Translations under genes and position numbers: made by a program
The notes under the pieces: model-generated
What the model was told of the DNA's origin: nothing
Seen by the model: only the letters and a program-made list of their open reading frames with translations
Databases searched by the model: none
NCBI GenBank assembly: GCA_039024555.1
Contig: JBCCQQ010000059.1
Coordinates: forward strand, 1 to 40,036
DNA from: Cyanobacteria bacterium P01_D01_bin.156
GTDB taxonomy: Bacteria; Cyanobacteriota; Cyanobacteriia; Phormidesmidales; Phormidesmidaceae
Length of the DNA stretch: 40,036 bases
Direction: 5' to 3'
Shown: positions 30,465-39,920 of the stretch, piece by piece
Layout of the letters: each line of letters starts with the position of its first letter
How positions within the stretch are numbered: the first letter of the stretch is position 1

Positions 30465-31610
30465 ATGATGACAACTCCACCCCAGATATATATCAACGAT
30501 ACGACCCTCAGGGACGGTGAACAAGCAGCGGGTGTTGCTTTTAATTTAGAAGAGAAGGTTGCGATCGCAACGTTTCTTGACAGTATTGGCATCCAAGAAA
30601 TGGAAGTTGGTATTCCGGCCATGGGTCGGGATGAAGCCCAAGCGATTCGTGAGATCTCACGGTTAGGCTTAAGGGCCAACATTTTGGGTTGGAACCGTGC
30701 GGTGTTGTCGGATATTCAAGCCTCTATTCACTGTGGCCTCAAACGCATTCATATTTCAGTTCCGGTCTCAGACATTCAAATTCAGGTTAAGTTTCAAGGG
30801 CACCGGAACAAAATGCTGGAGCGCTTGCGAGATGCCATTAGCTTTGCTCAGGACCACGGTCTAGACGTAAGTGTCGGTGGTGAAGATAGTTCCCGTGCCG
30901 ATGAAAGATTTTTGCTAGAGGTTGCCCAACTTGTCCAAGAATGGGGCGCTTTTCGTTTTCGCTTTTGTGACACCGTCGGTGTTTTAGACCCGTTTACTAC
31001 ATTTGAAAAAGTTCAGAAGTTAGTTGCCTCCCTGGATATTTCAGTGGAAATGCACACCCACAATGATTTAGGTCTGGCAACGGCTAATGCTTTAGCCGGT
31101 GTGCGGGCAGGGGCCTCTTCCATAAATACCACCGTCAATGGTTTAGGAGAAAGGGCTGGTAACGCGGCTTTAGAAGAGGTTGTGATGGCCCTCAGACAGG
31201 TTTATGGCCTGAAAACAAACATTCAGACCCAGCGCTTTCTGGAACTCTCCCGTTTAGTCGCACACACCATCAATTGCCCGGTGCCTCCATGGAAAGCCAT
31301 TGTTGGAGCCAATACCTTTGCCCATGAATCCGGCATCCATGCCCATGGGGTGTTGCATAACCCCAGCACCTACGAGCCATTTGATCCGAAAGATGTCGGT
31401 TGGCAACGGCGTTTTGTTGTTGGCAAACATTCTGGCCGTCATCTATTGAGACAGGTTTTACAGAATTATGGCGTGCAGCTGGATGCCCATAATAGTCAAT
31501 TCCTGCTCAATGCTGTACGGGATCTGTCTACCCAGCTTAAACGCGGTCTCACCGTTGATGAACTACTCACCCTGGTATCCCAAGAGAACATAGGTGTGAC
31601 GGTTACATAA
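30465..31610 (+). CDS. nifV: Homocitrate synthase
   Basis: INDTTLRDGEQAAG, FCDTVG, EMHTHNDLGLATAN, GERAGNA, FAHESGIH, GKHSG; start ATG 30465 after GGAGG. Confidence 0.96.
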   Translation: MMTTPPQIYINDTTLRDGEQAAGVAFNLEEKVAIATFLDSIGIQEMEVGIPAMGRDEAQAIREISRLGLRANILGWNRAVLSDIQASIHCGLKRIHISVPVSDIQIQVKFQGHRNKMLERLRDAISFAQDHGLDVSVGGEDSSRADERFLLEVAQLVQEWGAFRFRFCDTVGVLDPFTTFEKVQKLVASLDISVEMHTHNDLGLATANALAGVRAGASSINTTVNGLGERAGNAALEEVVMALRQVYGLKTNIQTQRFLELSRLVAHTINCPVPPWKAIVGANTFAHESGIHAHGVLHNPSTYEPFDPKDVGWQRRFVVGKHSGRHLLRQVLQNYGVQLDAHNSQFLLNAVRDLSTQLKRGLTVDELLTLVSQENIGVTVT

Positions 31611-31696
31611 TCGGGCGTTAACGATTCAGTTCCTTCTTGTTAACGCTTTTCCTCTTTTGTCATGTTTCCCTTGTCCTCCTATTCCCAAAATCTATT

Positions 31697-31900
31697 ATGA
31701 AAGTCATGCTCCATACGGACCTTGCTGGAAAGCTGATGGTCTACGTTGCCAAAAAAGACTTAGAAGAAGAAGTCGTTAAACAGGTTCAAGCTGACGATGC
31801 TCAAATTTTAACCCTGGCGAATGGTTGGGAGCTCTCAATAACGGGGTTAGAAGATCCCATTAAAACACCTCAAACGGTAAGAGCAAAACGGTTGAATTAA
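31697..31900 (+). CDS. nifT: NifT/FixU
   Basis: MKVML...VYVAKKDLEEEVV...LTLANGWEL...PQTVRAKRL; start ATG 31697. Confidence 0.94.
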   Translation: MKVMLHTDLAGKLMVYVAKKDLEEEVVKQVQADDAQILTLANGWELSITGLEDPIKTPQTVRAKRLN

Positions 31901-31943
31901 GCTTCACTTGTTCATTAGGAGTATTCATTAGGAGAGACTGTCC

Positions 31944-32594
31944 ATGCTGGCTGTTAAACAATTACCCCCTAACATGTTTGTCCTAGATGGAAAATTCCTA
32001 GGATATATTGGTAAAACTCCAAACAAGGTAAAAGCGATTATCCTTGACGTTGAACAAGAAGCCCTGCTTATCAAGCTCCCTAAAAAATTACGGGCTTCGC
32101 TAAAAGACTATCATTTTCAGCCAGGGGAGCCAATTCGATGCATTGGACGCAGCCAAGTTGACTTTAAGACAGGGAATATCAAGCTTAGGGCCTACCAGGT
32201 CTTTCGTGTCACTCCCTCCAAGGAAGATACCGGGAGTACAGCACCACCAAAAGGACCAATCTCGACAATTGTTGCATCTCCGAGAGCAGCCGCTAACATA
32301 GCAACTTCTACTAAGCAAAAACAGGCCAAAATTGTGGTTTGTCGTAAGTCAGGGTGTCAAAAACGGGGTGGCCGTCAACTTGTTGCCATGTTAGAAAAGC
32401 TTTTGAAAGTTCATCAGCTGAGCGATCAGGTCGACATTCAATATACAGGGTGTCAAAAGCGCTGTTCAAAAGCCCCGATGCTAACAATTATGCCTGGCAA
32501 ATATCGCTATGATCGCCTGGACTTGCAAAGCCTACCCAACTTGGTGGAGAAGCATTTTTGCACTCCAGAGCCATGTTCAAGCACAGACAAATAA
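31944..32594 (+). CDS. Thioredoxin-like [2Fe-2S] ferredoxin-domain protein with an additional N-terminal domain
   Basis: C-terminal VCRKSGC...TGCQKRC..AP (Cx4C...Cx3C). Confidence 0.82.
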   Translation: MLAVKQLPPNMFVLDGKFLGYIGKTPNKVKAIILDVEQEALLIKLPKKLRASLKDYHFQPGEPIRCIGRSQVDFKTGNIKLRAYQVFRVTPSKEDTGSTAPPKGPISTIVASPRAAANIATSTKQKQAKIVVCRKSGCQKRGGRQLVAMLEKLLKVHQLSDQVDIQYTGCQKRCSKAPMLTIMPGKYRYDRLDLQSLPNLVEKHFCTPEPCSSTDK

Positions 32595-32752
32595 TGACTA
32601 TAAAATACCCCCAGCTACTGGCTAGACTATTAGCTTGGTTTGCTGCTGAGGTGATTCTGAGCTACGTGGGTTTGGATAACCTGGCCGACTACAGCGAATA
32701 TCTTAAGGAACAAACTACGGCGTCAATAGCCGTAGGCTGCAATCGGTTTTGA
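32594..32752 (+). CDS. Small hypothetical protein (52 aa)
   Basis: TAATG overlap with the upstream gene; LAWFAAEVILSYVGLDNLADYSEY resembles a small cyanobacterial family I recall. Confidence 0.6.
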   Translation: MTIKYPQLLARLLAWFAAEVILSYVGLDNLADYSEYLKEQTTASIAVGCNRF

Positions 32753-32764
32753 GTGGGCGCGCCC

Positions 32765-33112
32765 CTAAACCGAACGTTCGTCAACGCGCATATCAAAGGG
32801 TGCATCCGTATCAGAAGGAGGGTGCACTCTAATTTTAGCTTGGGAACTAAATCGAGATAAGTATTCGGCTAGGGAGGTCATTCGATTGAGCACCCGCCAG
32901 TTTTTCTCTTGATCGGAACAGTAGATATTTAAGGTAATGGCTTTAGCGTTAGTGATATTCCATCTGCACAGCATTAGCAGTGATTGAGTAGAGCCATCAC
33001 AGGTTTCAAAGAAATATTGGCGAAGAGCCCCTTCTAGCTGCTTGGCTAATGCCGCATCTATGTCTGTCGTCGTTTCTGGTGGTAAATCGTCCGGTGGAAG
33101 TAAAGGAAACAT
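32765..33112 (-). CDS. Hypothetical protein
   Basis: Open frame with GAGGA upstream of ATG 33112; convergent with the plus-strand arm. Confidence 0.65.
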   Translation of the reverse strand: MFPLLPPDDLPPETTTDIDAALAKQLEGALRQYFFETCDGSTQSLLMLCRWNITNAKAITLNIYCSDQEKNWRVLNRMTSLAEYLSRFSSQAKIRVHPPSDTDAPFDMRVDERSV

Positions 33113-33222
33113 TAACAATCCTCAAGGATGAGCCACACGCCATGGAAAGCCTACTGTTCTGTTCTACAGCGAAACCATTGTTTTGAGTATCAATAACACA
33201 TAATCTTAATCTCTAGCGCAGA

Positions 33223-33540
33223 TTAGATGCCATATCCAGCTCGTGCCTGGGTAATCAATTCAGCAATCCGCTCTGGGAACTCTTCCAAATCAGCATCTTC
33301 TCCTGCAGGCATGGGGGAGACAAAGGTATAACAGGGATCACATTGACCGGTATCAAAGACCTGCAACACCCATTTATCGGGTAACCCTTCTACACCAATT
33401 TCCACGACGTACCAGTCACTGCCGGTTTCACGGGTAGCAAGAATCGCGAAAAACTCTTGATCCCCAGTTGGAATTTCCAAATCATCCATTAGAAAATTCA
33501 TTGCAGATAAGTTGGCATCTGTCATTGATAAACCAATCAT
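33223..33540 (-). CDS. Acidic hypothetical protein
   Basis: AAGGAG before ATG 33540; WYVVEIGVEGLPDKWVLQVFDTGQCDPCYTF (CxxC). Confidence 0.7.
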   Translation of the reverse strand: MIGLSMTDANLSAMNFLMDDLEIPTGDQEFFAILATRETGSDWYVVEIGVEGLPDKWVLQVFDTGQCDPCYTFVSPMPAGEDADLEEFPERIAELITQARAGYGI

Positions 33541-33561
33541 TGGTAACAATCTCCTTGCTAT

Positions 33562-33966
33562 TTATTCATGGTGTTTTGGACAGGTCTGTACATCCTGGTT
33601 TAGATCGCTATTGGGGGCTAATCCAATCCAGGCATCTATGGTGGCTAAGTTAAACCCGGCTATGTAGTGCTGCTTAACTTGTAGTAAGGGGCGTCGAATC
33701 AATATAGGCTGTTTCACCATTAGGGTCAGGGCTTCATCAGCACTGACTTGATTAGGGATCACGTTGCCCGCTGTAATCGGGGGGGCCGTTGGGTTAAACC
33801 ACTCACTGACAGGCTGCTCCCCAAAGAAAGGGCGTAGTTTTTCCGGAGTCCAGGGTTCTGTCAATAGGTTATGCCCTCGCACCGTATGACCCGCTATCCG
33901 CAGCATCGCTTTTTGTTTGGCATTGCCAATACAGCCCGGTTTTTCATAAAAATCAACGGTTGCCAT
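33562..33966 (-). CDS. ArsC/Spx-family nitrogenase-associated protein
   Basis: FYEKPGCIGNAKQK..L..AGH..NLLTEPWT..LRPFFG..WFN..AP..PILIRRPL..GF. Confidence 0.9.
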   Translation of the reverse strand: MATVDFYEKPGCIGNAKQKAMLRIAGHTVRGHNLLTEPWTPEKLRPFFGEQPVSEWFNPTAPPITAGNVIPNQVSADEALTLMVKQPILIRRPLLQVKQHYIAGFNLATIDAWIGLAPNSDLNQDVQTCPKHHE

Positions 33967-33969
33967 GGC

Positions 33970-34449
33970 TTAATCTTTCTCTTCCTCAGTAAATTGAAGA
34001 ATATTGAGCAATAACTCCCCACCAAATTCTTTGGCATCAATTTGTTTGACATTCCGGGCAATCATCTGGGCAGTTTCTAGCCGCCCCAAGCGGCCTAACA
34101 ATAGTCCAGAAGCTGCATAGGCGCTTAGGTAAATTCTGACGGTGGCCTCATCAAGTCGGCTGATGAGCAGTGGTTTTAGACTTTCCCAATCGGTAGGCCA
34201 TTGGTTGTTTTTTTGGATGCGATCGCACACCGCCACTGCCATTTCTAATGCCCTATCGTTATTGTTTTTATAAAAGTAATAACGATAGGCACTAATTAAC
34301 ACATCGAGCTCAACATCTGGCTGAGCTAATGCCTGTTGAATATACTGTTCAGAAACTTTGGTATTTTCCCAAGTCTGGGCTGCGGCCACCAACGATGCCT
34401 TAGCAGAACCAGTTACAGGAAACCATGGAGGGGTTATTGTTGAAGCCAT
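33970..34449 (-). CDS. Hypothetical helical (possibly TPR-like) protein
   Basis: Operon-like spacing with the ArsC-like gene; AYRYYFYK, YLSAYAASGLLLGRLG. Confidence 0.72.
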   Translation of the reverse strand: MASTITPPWFPVTGSAKASLVAAAQTWENTKVSEQYIQQALAQPDVELDVLISAYRYYFYKNNNDRALEMAVAVCDRIQKNNQWPTDWESLKPLLISRLDEATVRIYLSAYAASGLLLGRLGRLETAQMIARNVKQIDAKEFGGELLLNILQFTEEEKD

Positions 34450-34918
34450 TACTTTCAGTGTGCGTAGGGCGAGACATATAGCGAACTACAGTGAAGGGCA
34501 TTCGCTATCGAGTAAACTCGTTAAATTTATCTAGCTAGACTCGCACACTCTATAAACCCTATTAATAGAGATATTATTTTGAGAATTCCGTATAATGCAA
34601 CACCAATAACAAAAAACTGTTGCCGATTTTTATCACACCTTGCAGGCCTCTTCAAGGCGAAGAATTGGAGACCCAAACGTCGTTTCGAAGATCAGCCGTG
34701 CCTAAACATGAAACGACCTAAGTCAAGGTACAACAATGATGTAACGAAATGCAATTGAATATAGAGTTTTGAAATGTTTGCAACAACGTTGAAATATTTT
34801 CAACGAGTGCTCAATCTCTATCTGAAAAATTGTTACCCTGGCAACACAACAAGAAAGGCTAGAGTTCGCCGTGAACATAACTTTGATTAAAATATAAATA
34901 AAAAATTAAAGCGTATCA

Positions 34919-34934
34919 TGTGACATAAAACACA
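34919..34934. promoter_or_regulatory. CRP/NtcA-type site upstream of cnfR
   Basis: TGTGACATAAAACACA fits TGT-N10-ACA and has one mismatch to the CRP consensus TGTGA-N6-TCACA. Confidence 0.4.
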
Positions 34935-35125
34935 TATCCTGCTGTTGTTATTTCTAATAACATGATTTTGTAATTCATTGATTGTTAATAAACAGTTTCT
35001 AGAACCATGTAATTTTTTGTGGAAAAAACAATCCAATAGGGATTGGAAACATAGGTCTCGATTATCAAAATTGTTGAAAACCTCTCATCTTACCCATCAG
35101 ATAGCTTGATGGGGGACTTTTTTCT

Positions 35126-36730
35126 ATGGCTTACACTATCAAAAACGGCTGTATTTCTTGCGATAGCTGTCGGCCCCAATGCCCAACGGGTGCCATTAAA
35201 CCTCAGGCTGAATGGGAAGGATACTGGATTGATCCGACCCTCTGTGATGACTGTAAAACATTAGCAGCTCCCCGTTGCATCAGCTCTTGTGACATCGGTT
35301 CCTTATCTCCTCTGGTTCCCAAAAAAGGGCGTCGTAAGAGCACCCTTTTACCCGCGGCCATTGCTGATATTTTTCTCAGTGGAAAAACCACGCCCTTTGC
35401 ATCGTCTATGGTTGTGTGGGAAGCCTGTAATATTCTGGCTCAGCGTCAACATTTACCCTGGCAAACCGATGCGGAGAACAAGCTTTACTACCGTCGCCCC
35501 GTACACCGTGGCCGAGGAGAAATGCGCTTTCGACTGGCGGCGAATCCTGAAAGCCAGTCGCTCCTTCCCATGTCTGAGCCGATGGCCAATAGTGCGATCG
35601 CTCAGTTTGATATTCGTGCCACCTGTTTGCATCTAATTTTTGCAGCCTATGCAGTGACTCTTGATACCCCCTGGAAAGACTCGTTTGTGGTCAATGACCA
35701 GCATATTGAACAGTATTTAGAGCTAGATAAACGTAAAGATCTCACTAAGTTAGACAAGCTAACCCTAATCAAGGATTTGGTGTACCAGGCCTGTCAGCTA
35801 TTAGTGGCCCTGGAGTGGCCCCGGCAGGGAAAAGTCCAGGCCTTTTCCTTGGATGAACAGCCCATTTGGCACCTGCTAGACACCGAGTACTATTTTGAAG
35901 AAGATGCCCAGGGAGGGCGTCATCTTATTGGCTTGAGTTTTACTATCCGTGCGGGTATCTGGACCAAACATTTTCTCAACAAACATGACTATCGCAGTCA
36001 AAACGCTTTTTACCAATATGGCACGTTACCAAAGTCTTTACTGACAGAGGTCATGAGTAACTGGCAACAGCATGAAGGGGGGGTGCGCTTACTGCTCTGG
36101 CTGCTGTTTAAGCTGCGGTTGGGAGGAGACCATCGACTGACCGTACGCACTCTGTTGCGCATTGCCTACGGTGCCGATCGATTGGTGGAGGCAACGACCG
36201 TCAGGGGCGCCCATAAACGACTCCTCAAAACATTTGAAAGCGATCTTGAAATGATTTATTACTACGGACTCAAACCCGTTTTTGATCCGGAGACCTATCC
36301 CAGTGATATTCAACCTCTGTGGGCGAAAGTGATTGACATTCCTGATGATGTTGACGAGGCACTTGAATTTTGGGTCAATGATGCCAAGCAAAATCGTCGG
36401 TTAACAGATACAGCCCCCAGGGATAAATGGCAGCGTCTGATTAACGCTCGGCTTTTAGGATTTGAACTGTCGGAAGAGTGGCAGCAAACCGTTCGTCGCC
36501 GTGTTCCTAAACGTCGTCGTAAACAATCTCAGTCAACATCACCGTCTAAGAGTCCCCTTGCAGGTAGTTCTGTTAAAGCGGCCCGCCAGCGTCAGAAATT
36601 AACTCAACGGGCCTTGGCTGAACGGATAGGTAAAAGCCAAAGCTGGGTCAGAGATGTGGAGAAAGGCCGCTTTAGCATCAGTGCTGAAGACAGCGCCCGT
36701 TTATATCAAGCTCTGGATCTCAGTCGTTAG
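35126..36730 (+). CDS. cnfR: nif transcriptional activator CnfR (PatB)
   Basis: N-terminal ferredoxin motifs (CISCDSCRPQCP, CDDC..C..C), C-terminal XRE HTH (LTQRALAERIGKSQSWVRDVEKGR), 534 aa, nif context. Confidence 0.93.
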   Translation: MAYTIKNGCISCDSCRPQCPTGAIKPQAEWEGYWIDPTLCDDCKTLAAPRCISSCDIGSLSPLVPKKGRRKSTLLPAAIADIFLSGKTTPFASSMVVWEACNILAQRQHLPWQTDAENKLYYRRPVHRGRGEMRFRLAANPESQSLLPMSEPMANSAIAQFDIRATCLHLIFAAYAVTLDTPWKDSFVVNDQHIEQYLELDKRKDLTKLDKLTLIKDLVYQACQLLVALEWPRQGKVQAFSLDEQPIWHLLDTEYYFEEDAQGGRHLIGLSFTIRAGIWTKHFLNKHDYRSQNAFYQYGTLPKSLLTEVMSNWQQHEGGVRLLLWLLFKLRLGGDHRLTVRTLLRIAYGADRLVEATTVRGAHKRLLKTFESDLEMIYYYGLKPVFDPETYPSDIQPLWAKVIDIPDDVDEALEFWVNDAKQNRRLTDTAPRDKWQRLINARLLGFELSEEWQQTVRRRVPKRRRKQSQSTSPSKSPLAGSSVKAARQRQKLTQRALAERIGKSQSWVRDVEKGRFSISAEDSARLYQALDLSR

Positions 36731-36736
36731 GAATGT

Positions 36737-36827
36737 GGCGTTGCTGATCCTCGATATGATTTCAGCTTTCAAAGCCTACACCTTACAAGATTTTATCGAT
36801 CGTTTTATCCTCTAAATCAGCAACAGC
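36737..36827. repeat. Second copy of the GGCGTTGCTGAT...ATCAGCAAC element
   Basis: Shares gttgctgatc.tcgatatgattt and gatcgttt.at...atcagcaac with 11304-11396. Confidence 0.65.
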
Positions 36828-36874
36828 AAAATTGTCATTTAGTAACATTTGTTATCGAAATAACGGCATATTCT

Positions 36875-36888
36875 GTATCAAATGATAC
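36875..36888. promoter_or_regulatory. NtcA box upstream of gapN-nafY
   Basis: GTA-tcaaatga-TAC, a perfect GTA-N8-TAC inside the longer palindrome atattctgtatca/tgatacggaatat. Confidence 0.7.
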
Positions 36889-37289
36889 GGAATATTTGGT
36901 TTCAATCTTTCCTAATAGACTACAGAGAGTGTCAGTTTTAGGCTAAAAATTAAGAGAGCGTGTGTGGCATTTGCCAGGGTATTGTTGGTTAGCCTATGGT
37001 TTTGCCGTTCGCTCGCGTGACTTCAACACTCCTGTCAGGTATCACAGGAACCTTTAAGGCTCAATATTTCGATAGAGATCGCCCATCAATTTTCTCCAAA
37101 TCCAGTAAACGAGAAACAATCTTTTTCGTTTGAAAGTTTAACGCTGTAGAGGTCTGTTAGGGACCTTTTTGGATAAGCAGAGCCCATTTATTTGTCAAGC
37201 AATTGCTTGGCTACAGCTTACGTTCTACGTTGGCTACATTTTGAAGTTTGACGCAATTCTAGTTCAATTCCCTTATTATCACCGGGTCC

Positions 37290-38951
37290 ATGATTAGCAC
37301 TATTTCCCCACGACCAGTCGCCATTGCTAAAAATCAGTCTCAGCAGGAGACTGTCTTCCCAACTGTTGAGGCGATTCCAGAGGCGTTTCGATTGCAGGAG
37401 CCCGTTAACCAGCGTGAGTATCTTATTAACGGAGAGCTGAGACACTGGGATGGTGATGTGGAAACAGTGTTATCTCCCGTTCATATTCAAACAGATAACG
37501 GACTAGAGCCTGCGGTAGTGGGACATTTTCCCTTGCTCAATGAACAGGAGTCCCTAGCTGCACTAGAGGCTGCAGTAGCGGCCTACGATCGAGGCTGTGG
37601 CCCCTGGCCGACCATGTCTGTAGCTCAGCGAATTGAGCATATGCAAGATTTTGTCTATCGTATGGAAGCGAAGCGGGATCAGGTCGTCAAGCTGCTGATG
37701 TGGGAAATTGGTAAATCCTATAAAGACTCTCAAAAGGAGTTTGATCGCACCCTTACCTATATCGAAAATACGGTTGATGCCTTAAAGAATTTAGATCGAG
37801 TCTCGTCTCGGTTTGAAATTACTGAGGGGGTAATAGGACAAATCCGGCGGGCACCCCTGGGGGTTGTTCTTTGCATGGGGCCTTCTAACTATCCCTTAAA
37901 TGAAACCTTTACCCTACTAATTCCGGCTTTGATTATGGGGAATACGGTGATTATGAAATTGCCGCGTCCGGGGGTGTTGTTTTGTAATCCTCTGTTGGAA
38001 GCGTTTCAGAAGGCATTTCCCCCCGGTGTGATCAATACGGTATATGGCAGTGGTCGAGTGGTGACGCCCCCATTAATGACCTCTGGCCAGGTGAGTGCTT
38101 TTGCCTTTATTGGCTCAAGTCGGGCTGCTAATGATCTAAAAAAACAACATCCTAAGCTCAACCGATTGCGAACTATTTACGGATTAGAAGCTAAAAATCC
38201 AGGGATCATTTTACCCAGTGCCGATCTTGATCTCACTGTAAAAGAATGTGTTCTAGGAACACTGTCGTATAACGGACAACGGTGTACGGCGCTTAAAATT
38301 CTGTTTGTTCACCGACAGATTTTGGATGTATTTCTAGAAAAATTTGCGGCAGCAGTCTCTCAGCTAACGGTGGGTATGCCCTGGGAAGAAGGGGTAACCA
38401 TTACACCGCTACCTGACATTGAAAGAGTTCAATATTTTACTGAGTTAGTTCAGGATGCGACACAGCATGGAGCTTCTATTGTGAACCCAGGCGGCGGGTG
38501 CGTTGAAGGGTCTGTGTTTTATCCGGCTGTTTTGCATCCGGTTACTCCTGATATGCGCCTTTATTCAGAAGAACAATTTGGACCGGTGATTCCAGTTGTT
38601 CCCTACGATGATATCGAAATTCCCATTGACTATATTGTTAATTCTGACCATGGGCAGCAGGTGAGTATTTTTGGACAAAATACTGATGCGATCGCAGAGC
38701 TAATTGATCCCCTGGTTAATCAAGTGTGTCGAGTGAATCTCAATAGCCAATGTCAGCGCGGCCCAGATACATTCCCCTTTACTGGTCGTAAGGATTCAGC
38801 GGTCGGTACCCTATCGGTGTCAGACGCCCTCAGATCGTTCTCCATTCGTACCCTAGTGGCGGCTAAAAACCAGCCGCTTAACAAGAGCATTATCAACGAC
38901 ATTGTTAGGGAACATAAATCGAATTTCCTATCCACCGACTTTATTTTGTGA
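37290..38951 (+). CDS. gapN: NADP-dependent non-phosphorylating glyceraldehyde-3-phosphate dehydrogenase (ALDH superfamily)
   Basis: LCMGPSNYPLNE, FIGSS, GLEAKNP, SYNGQRCTALK (catalytic Cys), EEQFGP, QRGPDTFPFTGRKDS. Confidence 0.82.
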   Translation: MISTISPRPVAIAKNQSQQETVFPTVEAIPEAFRLQEPVNQREYLINGELRHWDGDVETVLSPVHIQTDNGLEPAVVGHFPLLNEQESLAALEAAVAAYDRGCGPWPTMSVAQRIEHMQDFVYRMEAKRDQVVKLLMWEIGKSYKDSQKEFDRTLTYIENTVDALKNLDRVSSRFEITEGVIGQIRRAPLGVVLCMGPSNYPLNETFTLLIPALIMGNTVIMKLPRPGVLFCNPLLEAFQKAFPPGVINTVYGSGRVVTPPLMTSGQVSAFAFIGSSRAANDLKKQHPKLNRLRTIYGLEAKNPGIILPSADLDLTVKECVLGTLSYNGQRCTALKILFVHRQILDVFLEKFAAAVSQLTVGMPWEEGVTITPLPDIERVQYFTELVQDATQHGASIVNPGGGCVEGSVFYPAVLHPVTPDMRLYSEEQFGPVIPVVPYDDIEIPIDYIVNSDHGQQVSIFGQNTDAIAELIDPLVNQVCRVNLNSQCQRGPDTFPFTGRKDSAVGTLSVSDALRSFSIRTLVAAKNQPLNKSIINDIVREHKSNFLSTDFIL

Positions 38952-38991
38952 TGAACAGTACAGCAGTAAGTTAAATCTTTAGGAGATTCCC

Positions 38992-39726
38992 ATGAGTGAT
39001 CAGCCTATTTCCAATGAAGTTGCCTTGAGGATTGCCCTGGCCGCCAGGGTGCTACCGGACGTGTCTGTCAAAGGACTGATTGAGGTATTACAGACCCATC
39101 TAGATGGTGATATCACAGAAGAGTCTTTGCAAGCATTGACTGTTACTCAGCTTAAGCGCTCCTTTGGCAATATTTACGATGTTGATGAGGGAGAATGGGA
39201 GGGAGAAGATGCCGACAATCAGGATATTGCGGCCTTTAAAGACGCTGTGCGAATTCTTTGGGGAGAACAGACAGAATGCGAACATCCCCTATCTATTGAG
39301 CCTTACAAAGAAGGGGATATGCCCAACTCGATTCGAATCGCCGTTGCCTCCAACACAGGTGAACAATTAGATGGTCACTTTGGTTCCTGTCATCGCTATT
39401 TGATCTACCAGCTATCTGTTGATGCGATCAAACTGATTGATGTGCGTTCAGCCCTAGAAGCTGATCTGAGTGATAACAAAAACCAGTTTCGAGTCAATTT
39501 AATTCGCGACTGTCCTTTAGTCTATGTGGCCTCCATTGGCGGTCCGGCTGCTGCAAAAGTGATCCAGGCAAATATTTACCCGATGAAGATAGAGACTGGC
39601 GGCGAGATTCGAGAGATGCTCGCTGATTTGCAACGGGCAATCGCCACATCGCCCCCTCCCTGGCTAGCCAAGATTTTAGGCATTGGGGCAGAACAGCGGG
39701 TCAAAAATTATCAGGCAGTGGGTTAG
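38992..39726 (+). CDS. NafY/NifY-like FeMo-co carrier (N-terminal helical domain plus NifX-like domain)
   Basis: ALRIALAARVLP N-domain; SIRIAVASNTGEQLDGHFGSC, SIGGPAAAKV, PPPWLAKILG. Confidence 0.85.
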   Translation: MSDQPISNEVALRIALAARVLPDVSVKGLIEVLQTHLDGDITEESLQALTVTQLKRSFGNIYDVDEGEWEGEDADNQDIAAFKDAVRILWGEQTECEHPLSIEPYKEGDMPNSIRIAVASNTGEQLDGHFGSCHRYLIYQLSVDAIKLIDVRSALEADLSDNKNQFRVNLIRDCPLVYVASIGGPAAAKVIQANIYPMKIETGGEIREMLADLQRAIATSPPPWLAKILGIGAEQRVKNYQAVG

Positions 39727-39732
39727 TCGATT

Positions 39733-39920
39733 ATGAATACCCAACAAAAACGCATTCAGGAAATTCAACAAATTACCGGGCTGAGATCCACCCATTTTGC
39801 TGATCTCGTACGTATCGCCCAGCTGGTTTACGACCCTAGGGGGGGATAGCCAGTCGGGTAGTGAGAGTTAACTGGATTAAGAAATGTATGCAGACTCTGA
39901 AAGGGAGACACAACAGCTAA
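39733..39920 (+). pseudogene. Probable frameshifted/truncated hypothetical gene after nafY
   Basis: MNTQQKRIQEIQQITGLRSHHFADLVRIAQLVYDPRGG then TAG at 39847 just after a G7 run; an alternative frame continues IASRVVRVNW and runs into the IS end. Confidence 0.45.

Noticed and set aside
31911..31934. Tandem ttcattaggag duplication before the [2Fe-2S] gene
   Set aside because: Real, but most simply a slippage duplication of the RBS with no evidence of function.
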